A stretch of 64,000 nt of DNA from Squalus acanthias (taxonomy: Eukaryota): contig CM059431.1 of assembly GCA_030390025.1 (NCBI GenBank), positions 139,564,001 through 139,628,000 of the forward strand. Reading direction: 5' to 3'. Numbering within the stretch: the first letter of the stretch is position 1; each line of letters starts with the position of its first letter. This document shows, piece by piece, positions 1 through 13,400 of the stretch. The notes under the pieces were generated by a model, which saw nothing but the letters and a program-made list of their open reading frames with translations, was not told the DNA's origin and searched no databases. The position numbers were made by a program, and so were the translations under genes.

Positions 1-88
1 GTTGTGTGGTAATTTTGCAGGCTGGCCTGTGTGTATTTGTTTGAGAGAGAGAGACACAGACAGCAGGGCGTGTCCGAGTTCAAGTTAC

Positions 89-119
89 CTGCCGTGTGCA
101 TTGGTACTGCATCTCATGT
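89..119 (-). other. Candidate 31-nt exon
   Basis: Minus strand reads TTTACTTTTTGTTTTTTTCAG|ACATGAGATGCAGTACCAATGCACACGGCAG|GTAACT: polypyrimidine tract, AG acceptor and GT donor. Confidence 0.4.
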
Positions 120-816
120 CTGAAAAAAACAAAAAGTAAACACCATTAGATCATACTGATTTCATTCCAGACCGTACTGCTGTGGGATCTTACTTTGCCT
201 TATTTCAAGACTTTTGTAAAAATCAAAGCTACATATATACATCAAGCCATTTGATTTTACATTGGACTGGACTTTATCGGGGAATGTTTGTGGGGTGTTT
301 CAGAGCATATCCTACTGTGGGATCTTACTCTCCCTTTAATTCCGAACCCAACCAAACCAAGTCAAGACTTTTGTAAACACCAAGTATATATATTATGTTT
401 ATTTTTTTATTATTTGCAGAATAATAAATCTATTTGATTTTTTCTGGGCTGGGCTTTATTGGGGAATTAGCTTGGGGTGTATTCAGAGCAAAAGCTGCTG
501 TGTGATATTTCCATTTATTCCACTCCACTCAAATCACACACAGACAGATATTTCCTTTGCTGAAGTAAAATATATATGTTATTATTATTAATTATTCTTG
601 ATTTTATTTTCTTCTTTTCGCCCTCACTCCCAACCTCCCTCCCTCGGCCCATCTCCTGGGGCGTCGATCATCCCCTACATGCCTGTTCACCCCCTGCAAT
701 CCCCCAGCCCCTTCGTCAGTTCCTTGTGGTCCTGAGATCGACACTCACTCACTCACTCACTCACACACACAGGAGCCGAGGTGGCGAGCTGCAGCCAACA
801 TTCCTTCCTTCCTTAC

Positions 817-956
817 TTCCTGCACCATGTGCTGCCTGCCCTGCCCGGGTGTGTCTGTGAGCAGCAGCACGGCCTGTCAGCGGCTCCAGTCAATGACCAC
901 ACACAGCAGGCGGGCAGGACCCCACTCTGCAACACAAGCTGCGCGCCCATTTAAAG
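817..956 (-). promoter_or_regulatory. Candidate promoter and first exon of a leftward-transcribed gene
   Basis: CpG/GC-rich non-repeat patch. TTTAAAT at 950-956 on the minus strand, then ...GGTGCAGGAA|GTAAGG splice donor (GT at 816-815). Confidence 0.3.
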
Positions 957-967
957 TGACAATCCAC

Positions 968-1064
968 CGCAAAGCGCTATTCCATTACAAAGGACTATTA
1001 TATTCAAAAGTGATATTCCATTGCAAAGTAGTGTTATATTGCAAAGTGCTATTCCATTACAAAG
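968..1064. repeat. Degenerate ~18-19-bp minisatellite, ~5 units
   Basis: Recurring (G)CAAAG..CTATTCCATT / ..TTATATT units. Confidence 0.75.
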
Positions 1065-1070
1065 GATAGT

Positions 1071-3510
1071 TCTACAATCATAAACATTTGCGGCACAGAA
1101 GGAGGCCATTCGGCCCGTCGAGCCCGTGCCGGCATTCTGCAAGAGAACTTCAGCCAATCCCCCGCCCTTCCCAGTAGCCCTGATTTTTTTTTCATTCACG
1201 TCATTATCCAATTCTCTTTTGAAAGCCACGATTGAATCCGCCTCCACCACATTTTCAGACAGTGCATTCCAGATCCTAACCACACGCTGCATAAAAAAAG
1301 TTTTTCCTCATGTCGCCTTTGGTTCTTCTGTCAATCACCTTAAATCTGTGTCCTGTGGATCTGGAACTTTCCGCCAATGGGAACAGTTTCTCTCTATCTG
1401 CTCTGTCTTGGCCCCGCATGATTTTGAACACTTCTATCAAATCTCCTCTCAACCTTCTCTGCTCTAAGGAGAAGAACCCCAGCTTATCCAGTCTATCCAC
1501 GTAACTGTAGTCCCTCACCCCTGGAACCATTCTTCTAAATATTTTCTGCACCCTCTCTAAGGCCTTCACATCCTTCCTAAAGTATGGTACCAGGAATTGA
1601 ACACAATACTCCAGTTGAGGTCGGACCACTGTTATATTCTGGTTCATCATAACTTCCTTGCTTTTGTACTCTATACCTCTATTTATGAAGCCCAGGATCC
1701 CGTTTGCTGTTTTAAACACTTTCTCAACCTGCCCTGCCACCTTCAACGATTTGTGCACATATACCCCCATGTCTCTCTGTTCCTGCTCCCCCTTTACATT
1801 GCACCCTTTAGTTTGTATTGCCTCTCCTCATCCTTCCTACCAAAATGTATCACTTCACAATTTTCTGCGTTAAATTTCATCTACCACATGTCCGCCCATT
1901 TCACCAGCCTGTATGTCTTCCTGAAGTCTATCCCTCTCCTCCTCACTGTTCACTGTACTTCGAGGTTTTGTTTCATCTGCACGTTTTGAAATTGTGCCCT
2001 GTACACACAAGTCTAAGTCATTAATAGATATCTAGTAAAGCATTGGTCCTGGTACCGACCCCTGGGGAACACCACTGTGTATGTTCCTGCAGTCCAAAAA
2101 ACAACCGTTCACCACTACTGTCTGTTTCCTGTCACTTAGCCAATTTCGTATCCATGCTGTCACTGTCCCTTTTATTTCATGGCCATTAACTTTGCTGGCA
2201 ATCCGATTTTCTGGCACTTTATCAAATGCCTTTTTGAAGTCCATAAACACCACATAAACTGCATTGCCCTCATCAACCCACTCTGCAAACGGATCAAAAA
2301 ACACAAGCAAGTTAGCTAAACACCATTTTCTCTTAACAAATCGGTGCTGGCTCTTAATTCATTCACACTTGTCAAACTGACTGTTAATTTTGTCCCGGAT
2401 CATCGTTTCTAAAAGCTTCCCCTCTACCGAGGTTAATCTGACTGTCCTGTAGTTGCTGAGTTTATCCTTACATCCTTTTTTGAACAAGGGTTTAACAATT
2501 GCAATTCTCCAGTCCTCTGGCACCACAGAGGATTGGAAGATTATGGCCAGTACCTCCGCAATTTCCACCTTTACTTCCCTCAGCATTCTAGGATGCATCC
2601 CATCGGGCCCTGTTGACTTATCTACTTTAAGTCCAGCCAGCCGTTCTAGTACCTCCTTTTTCTAAATTTTTATCCCATCCAGTATCTCCTCTTTCTCTAT
2701 GAATTTGCAGCATCTTCTTCCTTGGTAAAGACAGATGCAAAGTATTCATTTAGTACCTCAGCCATGCCGCTGCCTCCATGTGTAGGTGCCCTTTTTGATC
2801 CCTACTCGGCCCCACCCCTCCTCTTACTAGCTGTTTATTTTTGGTATACCTATAGAAGACATTTGGATTCCATTTTGTTTTAGATGCCAATGTATTCTCA
2901 TACTCTCTCTTTGCCCCTCTTCTTTTCTTTTTCACTTCCCCTCTGAACTTTCTATATTCAACCTGGTTCTCACTTGTATACTCAACTAGACATCTGTCAT
3001 ACGCCCCCTTTTTCTGCTTCATGTTCTTTCTATCTCTTTCGTCATCCAGGGAGCTCTGGCTTTTGTTGCCCTACCTTTTCCCCTCGTGGGAATGTACCTC
3101 GACTGTACCCAAACCATCTCTTCTTTAAAGGCAGCCCATTGTTCGAATATAGTTTTGCCTGCAAGTCTTTGATTCTAATTCACACAGGCCAGATCCGTTC
3201 TAAACCCACTGAAAGTGGCCTTCCACCAATTAAGTATTTCACTCTAGATTGCTCCTTGTCCTTTTCCATAGCTAATCTAAACCTTATGATGCTATGATAA
3301 TTTTCCCTAAATGTTCCCCTGCTGACACTTGGTCCACTTGACCCACCTCATTCCCCAGAGCCAGATTAAGCAATGCCTTCTTCCTTGTTGGGCCGGAAAA
3401 CATATTGATCAAGAAAGTTCTCCTGAACACACTTCAGAAATCCTTCCCCCTCTCTGCCCTTTACACTATTACTGTCCCAGTCTATATTAGGATATTTGAA
3501 GTCCCCTATT
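1071..3510 (-). mobile_element. CR1 LINE ORF2 (end of endonuclease, RT, 3' UTR), disrupted
   Basis: Minus-strand ORF pieces with NYRTVRLTS, DFKKAFDKVP, SGVPQGSV, RPQLEYCVQF, RRLRGDLIEVFKI, WNALSENVVEA. Confidence 0.92.
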
Positions 3511-3526
3511 TCTGTCCTCTATTGCT

Positions 3527-3861
3527 AATTAAAAAGTTAGTGTTCCTCTTTCTTTCCCTGTTCTCTGTTTCCAATTAAACACTTACTGTGTTCTGCTAAA
3601 TTCCCCAGTCCGCTATTTCTATTTAAACAGTTGTTGTTTTCCCCTAAATCGTCCTGTCCGCTATATCTAACTAAACAGTTAGCATGTTCCCCATTCATCC
3701 CCTGTCCTCTGGTTCTAATTAAACAGTTACTGTGTTCCACTTACTTCCAATGTTCTCTATTTCTATTTAAACAGTTGCTGTTCCCCTACATTCCTCTGTA
3801 CTATATTTCTAATTGAACAGTTACTGTATTCTCCTCAATTTCCCATTATTCCGCTATTTCC
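3527..3861. repeat. Degenerate 48-bp minisatellite, ~7 units
   Basis: AATTAAACAGTT-like core recurs every ~46-48 bp. The minus-strand ORF 3537-3740 shows the matching 16-aa periodicity. Confidence 0.8.
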
Positions 3862-3864
3862 AGT

Positions 3865-6055
3865 CATGCCATCTGCGAGCTCATCTTGTCCATGAGACCC
3901 AGCTCTGACTCTCTCGACCCTCTTCCCACTACATTGCTGACCATCCCCTTCCCTCCCTGGCCCCCATGCTGGCTGATATTGTGAACGGTTCCCTCTGCTC
4001 CGGTACTGTTCAACACCCTTCCAAATCTGCCGTCATCAACCCTTCCTAACAAATCCACCCCTGATCCCTCTATCTTTACAAACTACCCCACCATCTCAAA
4101 CCACCAATTCCTCTCCAAAGTCCTTGAACATGTTGTCGTCTCCCAAATCCGTGCCCATCTTTCCCAAAACTCCATATGTGAACCTCTCCAATCTGTTTCC
4201 CGCCTCTGGCGCAGCACTGAAATGACCCTAATTAAAGTCACAAATGATATCCTATGTGTGACTGTGATGCACTACCCCTCCTCATTCTTTCCCTTTCGAC
4301 ACGGTTGACCACACCATCCTCCTCCAATCCATTCCTCCATTATTGAGCTCTGTGGGACTGCCCTCGCCTGTTTCCATTGTTACCACCGCAGTCAGAACCA
4401 GAGAATATGCTGCAATGCCTTCTCTTCCCGATCCCGCACCGTGATGACTGGAGCCCCCCAGGAAACTATCATCGCCCCCGTTCTATTTTTCATTTACATG
4501 CTGCCTTCGGCATCATCATTCGGAAACACAGGGCCAGAAATTGGGGTCTCCACCGGTGAGTTCGTGCTGTGTACTCACCCGTAGACTCAACGAAGGTGCC
4601 GAATTCGCGCATGCACTGCACATGCGCTGGAAATCAGAACTTCCGTTCCCTTGAAGGAAGGGGTTCGGAGGTCAAACGTGTGCGCCGGAGAGGCTGCACG
4701 TACGCATCGAACTTCCAGGTTCTTTTCAGGTTTCTCCGTGAAGGTAAGTCCCGAGCAGCTGCGCATTGAAAAAGCAGGCGCAAGGCCTGTTTTTAACAAG
4801 GTAAGTGGTGAATTAAGTAAAATTGAAACATTTTTTCCACAGCTTTATCATTTTAAATACTTTAAAGAAAGGTAAGTTTATTTTTAGCCCCGGCCCCGTT
4901 AAAAACTGTAATTAATTTTTCAAAAATTTAAATTTTTATTTAAAATAGTTAATTTATGTAATTTTTAATTATTTCAAAAATGTTATTAAAAAAAAAAATA
5001 TTTGAAGTTTTAGTTAGGTTTTGGGGCCGATCTCTATTCATAGATTTGACTGGTGTTCCTGTCAAATGTATGAATGGAGATTCCCTGCTCCGATTGGCTC
5101 TCCATGGCCCACGTGTACCCAGGGGACGCTTCGAGCTGACTGCGCCCCTGGGATACGCAAGCACTGCGCACCGGCAGCTGCAGGAGACCAAGGATCGGAA
5201 TCCCACGCGGGCCCACTGCACAACGGAAGGCGCGCTAGGTAAGTGCAGTTCGGGGGCTTGCACCCGCTGGATGCCTCCGACCCGATGTTCGGGCCCACAA
5301 TGTCAGATTCCACATATAAGCTGATGTCACACAAATCTAGCTGACCACCACCTCTCTCAACCAGTCCATTGCATCTGTTGTCAAACCGCGTGTCTGGTAT
5401 CCAGTCCTGGATGAACAACAATTTCCTCCAATTAAACATTGTCTGTGGTCCCCGCACAAACTCCATTCACTAGCCGCTGATTCCATCCCCCTCCCTGGCC
5501 ATTGTCTCAGGTTGTACTAGACAGTTGTCTACCTCACTGTCCTGTTGGACCCTGAGCTGAGCTTCTGTCCCCAGATCCTGTCCATTACAAAGAATGTGTC
5601 ACATCGATCAGCTCCGCTCCATCTAGCACAAAATCCTCATCCACAACTGCATCACCTTCAGACTTGTCTTAGCCAAAGCTCTCCTGAACTGCCTCACAAC
5701 CTGCACTCTCCATAAACATGAGCTCATACAAAACTCTGCTGCCTGTAACCTAACTCGCACTAACTCCGAATCACAGATCAACCATGTGCTCGCTGATCTG
5801 CACTGGCTCCCGGTCCAGAAATGTCACGATTTGAAAATTCTCCATCATTGCCTCGCTCCTCCGTATCTCTGTAAACTCCCCCAGCTCTACAAGTCCAATA
5901 ATGTGCAGTTACTGCCTTACAAGAGTAGAGATGGCGAGGTTTGCTTTTTAATGTCAAACTCTGGCATTACCTGCCTAAAGCTCTCCACCTCTCTCCTCCT
6001 TTAAGACGCTCCTTAAAACCTATTCATTTGACCACGGTTTTAGTCAAATGTCATA
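3865..6055 (+). mobile_element. L2 LINE ORF2 remnant, interrupted by a MITE at 4531-5296
   Basis: Pyrimidine-rich decayed RT with FDTVDHTILL, QNSAA and LADLHWLPV motifs typical of L2. The sequence resumes after the insert. Confidence 0.8.
4531..5296. mobile_element. Non-autonomous DNA transposon (MITE), possibly Harbinger-type
   Basis: Imperfect TIRs GGGCCAGAAATT ... GATGTTCGGGCCC, 3-bp TSD ACA, AT-rich core with GC-rich arms. A related copy lies at 21045-21742. Confidence 0.65.
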
Positions 6056-6454
6056 AATTTTGGCCTGGATTTTGCAGTCAGCAGTGAACTAACGGCGCTC
6101 GACTTTCATTACATTATGACTTGCCCACAGACTTTCTCCGGGCTTTTGCGCTGGAAGTTGCGGCGCTAAGAAATCCAAAACAGCGCGGCGCCCTCTACAG
6201 GGGATCTGGGACCCGGGTGAACAAGGCAAGCAACTGTGCATCTCCTCAACCAATCAGATTAAATAATCGTTACTGAGGCTCTCAGCTGCTGAACCAGGAA
6301 GTGTAAATTCGAATAGTTAATTCAGTGACCAATCATGCACACAAAGCGAAATGAAAAGTGAAAAGAAAGATGTGAATGGGAGAGTGAGAGATGCAAGAGA
6401 CAAAAGAAAAAGTTAAAAAGCAACTATTTATTTATTTTTTTAATCTTCACCAAT

Positions 6455-7640
6455 AATTCTTCTTTTCTTCATTCTTGTGATCTGGGCGTCGCTGGCAAGG
6501 CCAGCATTTAATTCCTATTGCTAATACTCCCTTAAGTAGAAGGTGGTGAGCCGCCCTCTTGAACCGCTGCAGTCTGTGTGGTGAAGGTGCTCCCATATTG
6601 CTGGTAGGAAGGGAGTTCCAGGATTTTCTCCCAGCAACGAGGAAGGGATGGTGATAGATTTCCAAGTCAGGTTCATATGTGACTTTGAGGGGATCTTGGA
6701 GGTGATGGTGTTCCCCTGCACCTGCTGCCCTTGTCCTTCTGTGTGGTAGAGTTTGCAGGTTTGGGAGGAGCTGTCGAAGCATCCTTGGCGAGTTGCTGCA
6801 TTGCATCTTGCAGATGGTACACACTGCAGCAGCGCCGGTGTTACAGGGAGTGAACGCTTAAGGTGGTGGATAGGGTGCCAATCAAGCGGGTTGCTTTGTC
6901 CTGGATGGTGTCGAGCTTCTTGAGTGTTGTTAAGCTGCAGTCATCCAGGCAAGTGGAGAGTATTCAACCACACTCCTGACTTGTGCCTTGTAGATGGTGG
7001 AAAGTCTTTGGGGAGTCAAGAGGTGAGACACATGCTGCAGAATACCCAGCCTCTGACCTGCTTTTTTTGCCACAGTATTTATGTGGCTTGTCAAGTTTAG
7101 TTTCTGGTCAATGGTGACCCGCAGGATGTTGATGATCGGGGATTCGGCGATGGTAATCACGTTGAATTTCAAGATACGGTCGTTAGACTCTTGCTTGTTG
7201 GAGGTAGTGATTGCCTGGCACTTGTGTGGCGCAAATATTACTTGCCATTTATCAGCCCAATCCTGAATGTCATCCACGTCTTGCTGCATGCGGGCATGGA
7301 CTGCTTCATTATCTGAAGAGTTGCGCATGGAACTGAACACTGTGCAGTCATCAGTGATCATTCCCCCTTGTGACCTTATGATGGAGGGAAGGTCATTGAT
7401 GAAGCAGCTGAAGATGGTTGGTCCTAGGACACTGCCCTGAGGATCTCCTGCAGCGCTGTCCTGGGGCTGAAATGATTTGCCTCCAGCAGCCACAACCATC
7501 TTCCTTTGTGCTCGGTATGACTCCAGCAAGTGCAGAGTTTTACCCCTGATTACCATCGACTTCAATTGTACTAGTGCCCCTTGATGCCACACTCGGTCAA
7601 ATGCTGCCTTGTTGTCAAGGGCAGTCACTCTCACCTCACA
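6455..7640 (-). mobile_element. CR1-group LINE (second family, 'family B'): RT C-terminus and 3' UTR
   Basis: ORF 6930-7634 with AFDRVWHQG, PQGSVLGP, YKAQVRSVVEYSPLAW. Tail AATAAATGCTGGCCTTGCCAGCGACGCC on the minus strand. Confidence 0.88.
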
Positions 7641-7644
7641 ACTG

Positions 7645-8725
7645 AAAAACTGCCATTTGCCGAAGGAAATTCCAAATTTCTACCACCCTTTGCACGTCGA
7701 ATTGTTTCCTACCTTCACTCCTGGCTCTAATTTTTGAGGCTTTGTCCCCCAGTCCTAGACTTCCCAACCATCGGAAAGTGTTTCTTTATATCTCCCCTAT
7801 TGGTTCACCTTAATATCTCCAAAGCTAATACAACCTTCCTCAGGTGCCCAGAACTGAACCCAGTCCTCCAGCTGTGGTCTAACCAGGGCTTTGTATCGCT
7901 GGAGCATCAGTAGCACACCCCTATAATGTAGTCCTCTAGATATAAACCCCAGCTTTCCATTAGCCTTTTTCATTGTTTACCTGCCCATGATATTTTAATG
8001 ATACTTTTATTCATTGGACGTGTGGACGCCGCCAGCATGGAGCCCTAAGTCTCTTCGGACCTCCACATTTTTTAGCGTTTCACCATTTAGAACGAATTCT
8101 GATCTATCCTTTATGGGTCCTAACTGGATGACCTCACACTTGCCAATACTTAAATCCAATTGCCACAATTTTGCCCAATCACTAAATCTATTAATATCTC
8201 GATGTAATTTTATGCTTCCATCTATACTGCTTACAATGTCGCCTATCTGTGTCATCATCCAACTTGGATATGTGGCTCTCATTCTCATCAGATATGTCGT
8301 TAATAAATACGGTGAATAGGTGAGGCCCCAACACAAAACCCTCGGGACACCACTAGTCATATCCTGCCAGCTGAAGTACCTGCCCATTATCCGTACACTC
8401 TGTATCCTATCACTCAAACAGTTTCTTAACCAGGACAATAATTTGCCTTCAATTCCACGAGCATCAAGTTTATCTAACTTTGTCTTATGCGGGACTTTAT
8501 CAAACGCATGTTTGCCCATGTATACTAGTTTTTAATGATTTGTGAACTGGGACTCACAAACCTCTTTGCTCCTCAAGTTAATAGCTTCTGAACATTTAGA
8601 AAATATTCCGAGTTATCTTACTTGTTTCCAAAGTGGATGATCTTTTGTACAATGAGTCATTAATAAATATGGTGAAAAGTTGAAGGTCCAACACAGATAA
8701 CTGGGAAACAGCACTTCTCACATCT
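7645..8725 (-). mobile_element. Decayed CR1 fragments
   Basis: ORF 8007-8519 with AFDKVPH, TSGVP, GKCEVIQLG. Confidence 0.8.
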
Positions 8726-8739
8726 GACGCCGCTGTTCA

Positions 8740-8792
8740 AGAGCTCAAACCTTATAACCTGAACGTCCAGGATTCAAGTCCCTGATCAGGTG
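8740..8792 (+). pseudogene. tRNA-Lys(UUU)-derived fragment (3' two-thirds)
   Basis: AGAGCTCAAACCTTATAACCTGAACGTCCAGGATTCAAGTCCCTGATCAGGTG aligns by eye to the vertebrate tRNA-Lys3 sequence AGAGCATCAGACTTTTAATCTGAGGGTCCAGGGTTCAAGTCCCTGTTCGGGCG. The 5' acceptor/D-arm is absent. Confidence 0.6.
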
Positions 8793-8839
8793 TTCATTTA
8801 TATCGCGAGTGTAATCTCCACATTCGTGCAGTGACATTA

Positions 8840-9640
8840 AACAGGAAGAGGAATAGGTCATTTAGACCCTCGAACCTGTTCTCCCATTCATTGAGATCAT
8901 GGCTGATCTCGGACCGAACTCCATATACCCGCCTTTGGCACATAACCCCTAATAAATTTAGTTGACAAAAATCCATCAATTTATGATTTTAAATTAACAA
9001 TTAACCCATCATCAACTGCCATTTGTGGAAGAGAGTTCCAAATGTCTACCAACTTTGCATATAGAATTGTCCCCCAGACCCAGACTCCCCAATCATCGGA
9101 AATAGTTTCTCTCTATCTACCCTATCAGTTCCCCTTAACATCTTAAAAACTTCGTTCAATTCACACCTTAACCTTCTAAATTCCAGGGAATCCTACCGTT
9201 TGTGTAATCTCTCCTCATAATATAACCCTTGGAGTCCATGGATCATTCTGGTAAATCTACACTGCTCTCCCACCAAGATAATACATACTTCCAAAGCTGT
9301 GGTGCCCAGGACTGAACACAGTATTCCATCTGTGGTTTAACCAGGGATTTGTATGGCTGTATCTGTCCATTACATTTTAATTAGCTCTGTACATGGAACC
9401 ATAGTTTTCTTTGGACCCTCAGTGTTTCTAGCTAGTCACCATTTACAAAAACGCTGATCTATCCAGTTACGTCCAAGGTCGATTACCTCACAGTTGCCTT
9501 CATTAAAATCAATTGGCCACAGTTCTGTCCAGTCACTTAATCTTTTAATATATCTTTGTAATGTTATGCTTCCATCTACATTGTTACAAAGCCGCCTATC
9601 TTTGTGTGATCGGCAAACTTGGATATGTGGCTTATTAAGA
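8840..9640 (-). mobile_element. CR1 3' fragment
   Basis: CR1-type 3' UTR plus RT C-terminal remnants (RLSDWTELW, NCEVIDLG). Confidence 0.75.
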
Positions 9641-9659
9641 AGATAGAAGCCGATTGATT

Positions 9660-10475
9660 TATGGGGAAAGTGGTGGTAAGGATACAAAATAGGCTTTAAG
9701 ACAGGAAGCCAATAGTGGAAGTGAATGGATGTTTTTTCAAACTGGGGGCGTGGGGCGGGGCTGGGGGTAGCTGTTCATGGTTTTCATCAAGCGTCATTTT
9801 GGGTCATTATTCTTTTCTATAAACAGCATAGAGAGCAGTATTATCAAGTTTTCAGATGATACACTTGGAAACGTAGATGAAAGTGTTGAGGACAGTTATA
9901 GTCTCCAGGATAACATAGCGAGAATGGTGCGAAGGGAAGAAGCATGGCAGAGAAGTGCGGAGAAGTGTGAAGTGATGCACTTTGGGAGGACTAAAATGGA
10001 AAGGCAGTGTGCTATAAATGGCACAATTTTGAAAATTTCAAATGAGCAGAGGGACCTTGGTGTCTATATACACAAATCCTTAAAGGTGGCAGGGCAAGAT
10101 GACAAGTGGTTCAAAATCAGATGGTTTACTTGGGTTTTTAATAAAAGAATAGAATATAAAATCTAAAATCTCATACTAGAACTTTATGCATCACTGGTAA
10201 ATCCTCAGCTGGAGTATTGTTGACAATTCTGAGGACCACACTTCAGGAAGGATGTAAAGGCCTTAGAAAGCGAACAGATAAGGTTTACCAGGATGTTACC
10301 GGGGATGAGGGTCTTCAGTTATGAGGAGCAGTTGGAAGAGTTAGGACTATTATCCTTGGAACAGAGAAGTTAAGAAGTTACATAATAGAGGTCTTCAAGA
10401 TGATTTGAGTTTTGATAGAGCTGATAGAATAAACTATTCCCACTGGAGAGCAGGACAAGAACTAGAGATATTGGC
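9660..10475 (+). mobile_element. CR1 RT fragment
   Basis: ORF 9777-10166 with KFSDDT, EKCEVMHFG, QRDLGVYIH. Confidence 0.85.
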
Positions 10476-11300
10476 TAGTTTTAAATACCAGTGAATTCCC
10501 AGTCAAATTATCGCATCAAATGCCGAGTTTTATGCCAGTTGCCAAACTTCTCCCAAAACCTTGTTAAAGTCTAACCTCGGCAAAATCATCGACTGAAGAG
10601 ATTCTCAATAAGGCTCCTCACATTTCCAATCATTATTGAAACTTCCTGTTTTTGGTCTTCGACACTGGGGGTCTTGTTCCCACCAAATTTTCTGTATGAA
10701 CCTAGCGACCTTTCTCCTGTCCCAGTTAGTGTGGTGATGATTCGACTTCTCTCTCTCCACCTTCCTGGATACTGCTCAATCAAAGAAAGTTTTAACATAA
10801 ACATGATTCATCTTAATTAGATAATTTATTACAGAAAAACAATGAGACCATTTGTGTGAATATTAATATAGTTAATTTTAAAATATTTACAATTTATTTG
10901 AATTACATACTTTAATTTTAACTAGTTATTTTGTTTTCCCGTATTTATACGCATTAACATCATTCACAATATCTGCTGCCAACTCCAGCTCCGCCCACAA
11001 TGACACACCACTGATGGGGCGTAACCAGGGGCGGAAACCTGTCTGCGGGTGACATCACAAAGGAGACAGGAGCCATTCATGCAGCAGCCAGGAGTAATGT
11101 AACAAAGCAGCCGGTGCTCCGCCCAGTCGATATGTTCCAGGGTCACATAGCCAGGCTCTGCTCCTGCTGCGCAGTCTCATTGGGCATGTACACACGTTAT
11201 GTATTCAGACCTGTCTCCGACCCAGCTCAGAGCATCAGAGAGAATAAGCGGAGGGATCATCAGTGCTATCAAGTGGTTGAATCATCGGCTTAGGAACAGT
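10470..11300 (-). repeat. Copy A of a multi-copy promoter-like/exon-like cassette
   Basis: The reverse complement aligns by eye with 27270-28160 and 28470-29100 (TGTGATGTCA, GGGCGGAGCTGGAGTTGG, TATAAATA; peptide IITTLTGTG). Confidence 0.85.
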
Positions 11301-11324
11301 ACCCGTAACATATAGGATAACGTT

Positions 11325-11650
11325 CCCTCAACACTGTACGATAAAACACTCCCTGGGCAGGTACGGCATGGGTTAGATACAGAGTCAAGCTCCATCTACA
11401 CCGTGCAATCAAACCTTCCGAAGGCAGGTACAGCACGGGTTAGATACATAGTAAATCTCCATCTACAAACTCCACTCAAACTCTCCGAGGGCAGGAACAG
11501 GACGGGTTACATACAGAGTAAAGCTCCATCTACAATCTCCCCTCAAACTCTCCGAGGGCAGGTACAGGACGGGTTAGATTCAAAGTAAAGCTCCATCTAC
11601 ACTGTCCCATCAACACTCCAGGGGCAACTAGGACACGTGTTAGCTACATA
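11325..11650 (-). repeat. ~65-bp minisatellite
   Basis: Units like GGGCAGGTACAGCACGGGTTAGATACAGAGTAAAGCTCCATCTACAC. The array continues at 13400-13800 on the far side of a CR1 insertion. Confidence 0.88.
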
Positions 11651-13400
11651 AGAGAAACATACAAAAACATAAGAAACAGGAGCAGGTGTAGGCCAGTCGG
11701 GCCCTCAAGGCTGCTCCACCATTCAATAAGTTCACGGCTGATCCAATCTTGGCCTCAAAACCACTTTCCCGCTCTCTTCCCATACCCCTTGACTCCCTTG
11801 TAGTTCAAATGTCTGTCAATCTCCGCCTTAAATATATTCAATGAATCCGCCTCCACAACTCTCTGGGGCAGAGAGTTCTAAAGATTCACGACCCACTGAG
11901 AGAAGAAATTCCTCCTCATCTCTGTCTTAAATGGGCGACCCATTATTCTGAGACTATACCCCCTAGTTCTAGATACCCCCACTGGGGGAAACATCCTCTC
12001 AGCATATACCCTGTCAATCCCGCTCAGAATCTTATATGTTTCACTCAGATCACCTCTCATTCTTCTAAAATCCAATGAGTATAGGCCCAACATGCTTAAC
12101 CATGCGTCAAGCCCTTCATCCCAGAAATCAATCTAGTGAGCCTTCTCTGCACTGCCTCCAATGCAAATATATCCTTCCTTAAATATGGCGACCAAAACTT
12201 TACGCAGTACTCCAGGTGCGATCTCACCAGCGCCATGTAAAGTTGCATCAAAACTTATCTACTTTTATACTCCATACATCTTGCAATAAAGGCCAACATT
12301 GCATTAGTCTTCCTAATTACTTGCTGTACCTGCATGCTAACTTATTGTGTTTCATGTACTAGGACCCCCAGATCCCTTTGTATCGCAACATTTTGTAGTC
12401 TCACTCCATTTAAATAATAATTAGTTTTTTCATTCTTCATTCCAAAGTGGTTAACCTCACATTTTCCCACATTATACTCCATCTGCCAAATGTTTCCCAC
12501 TCACTTAACCGATCTATATCCCTTTGCAGACTTCTGTGTCCTCCTGACAACTTGCTAACCCACCTATCTTTGTATCTTCAGCAAATTTGGTTATAGTACA
12601 CACGGTCCCTTCATCCAATTCATTAATATAGATTGCAAATAGTTGAGGCCCCAGCACTGATCCCTGTGGCACTCCAATAGTTACTGATTGTCAACCGGGA
12701 AATGACCCATTTATCCCGACTGTCTGTTTTCTGTTAGTTAGCCAATCCCCTAGCCATGCCAATATATTACCCCCAACCCCGTGAGCACTTATCTTGTGCA
12801 GTAACCTTTTATGTGGCACCTTATCGAATGCCTTCTTGAAATCCAAATACTCTACATCTACTGGTTCCCCTGTATCCACACTGTTTGTTACATCCTCAAA
12901 GAACTCTAGCAAATTTGTCAAACTCGATTTCCCTTTCATAAAACAATGTTGACTATGCTTGATTGTCTTATGATTTTCTAACTTTCCTGCTATTAACTCC
13001 TTAATAATGGATTCCAGCATTTTCCCAATGACAGATGTTAGGCTAACTGGCCTGTAGTTTCCTGCTTTCTGTCTGCCTCTTTTCTTGAATAGTGGCGTTA
13101 CATTTGCGGTTTCCCAATCCGCTGGGACCTCTACAGAATCCAGGGAATTTTGGTAGATTACAAACAACGCAACCACTATCTCTGCAGCCACTTCTCTTAA
13201 GACCCTAGGATACAGGCAATCGCGTTCAGGGGACCTGTCGGTCTTTAGAGCCATTATTTTGCCGAATACTTTTTCTCTAGTGATAGAGATTGTTTTAAGT
13301 TCCTCCCTCCCTTTAGCCCCTTGATTATCTATTATTATTGGGATGTGTTTAGTGTCTTCTACCGTGAATACCGATCCAATATAATTGTTTAGAGTCTCAC
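11651..13400 (-). mobile_element. 5'-truncated CR1 inserted into the minisatellite
   Basis: ORF 12691-13254 with GNYRPVSLTSV and YLDFKKAFDKVPH. 3' UTR and tail near 11655-11700. Confidence 0.92.

Noticed and set aside
3527..3861. CRISPR-like repeat/spacer pattern or repeat-protein gene (ORF 3537-3740)
   Set aside because: The variable parts are mutually similar, so this is a decayed minisatellite. The ORF follows from the 48-bp period.
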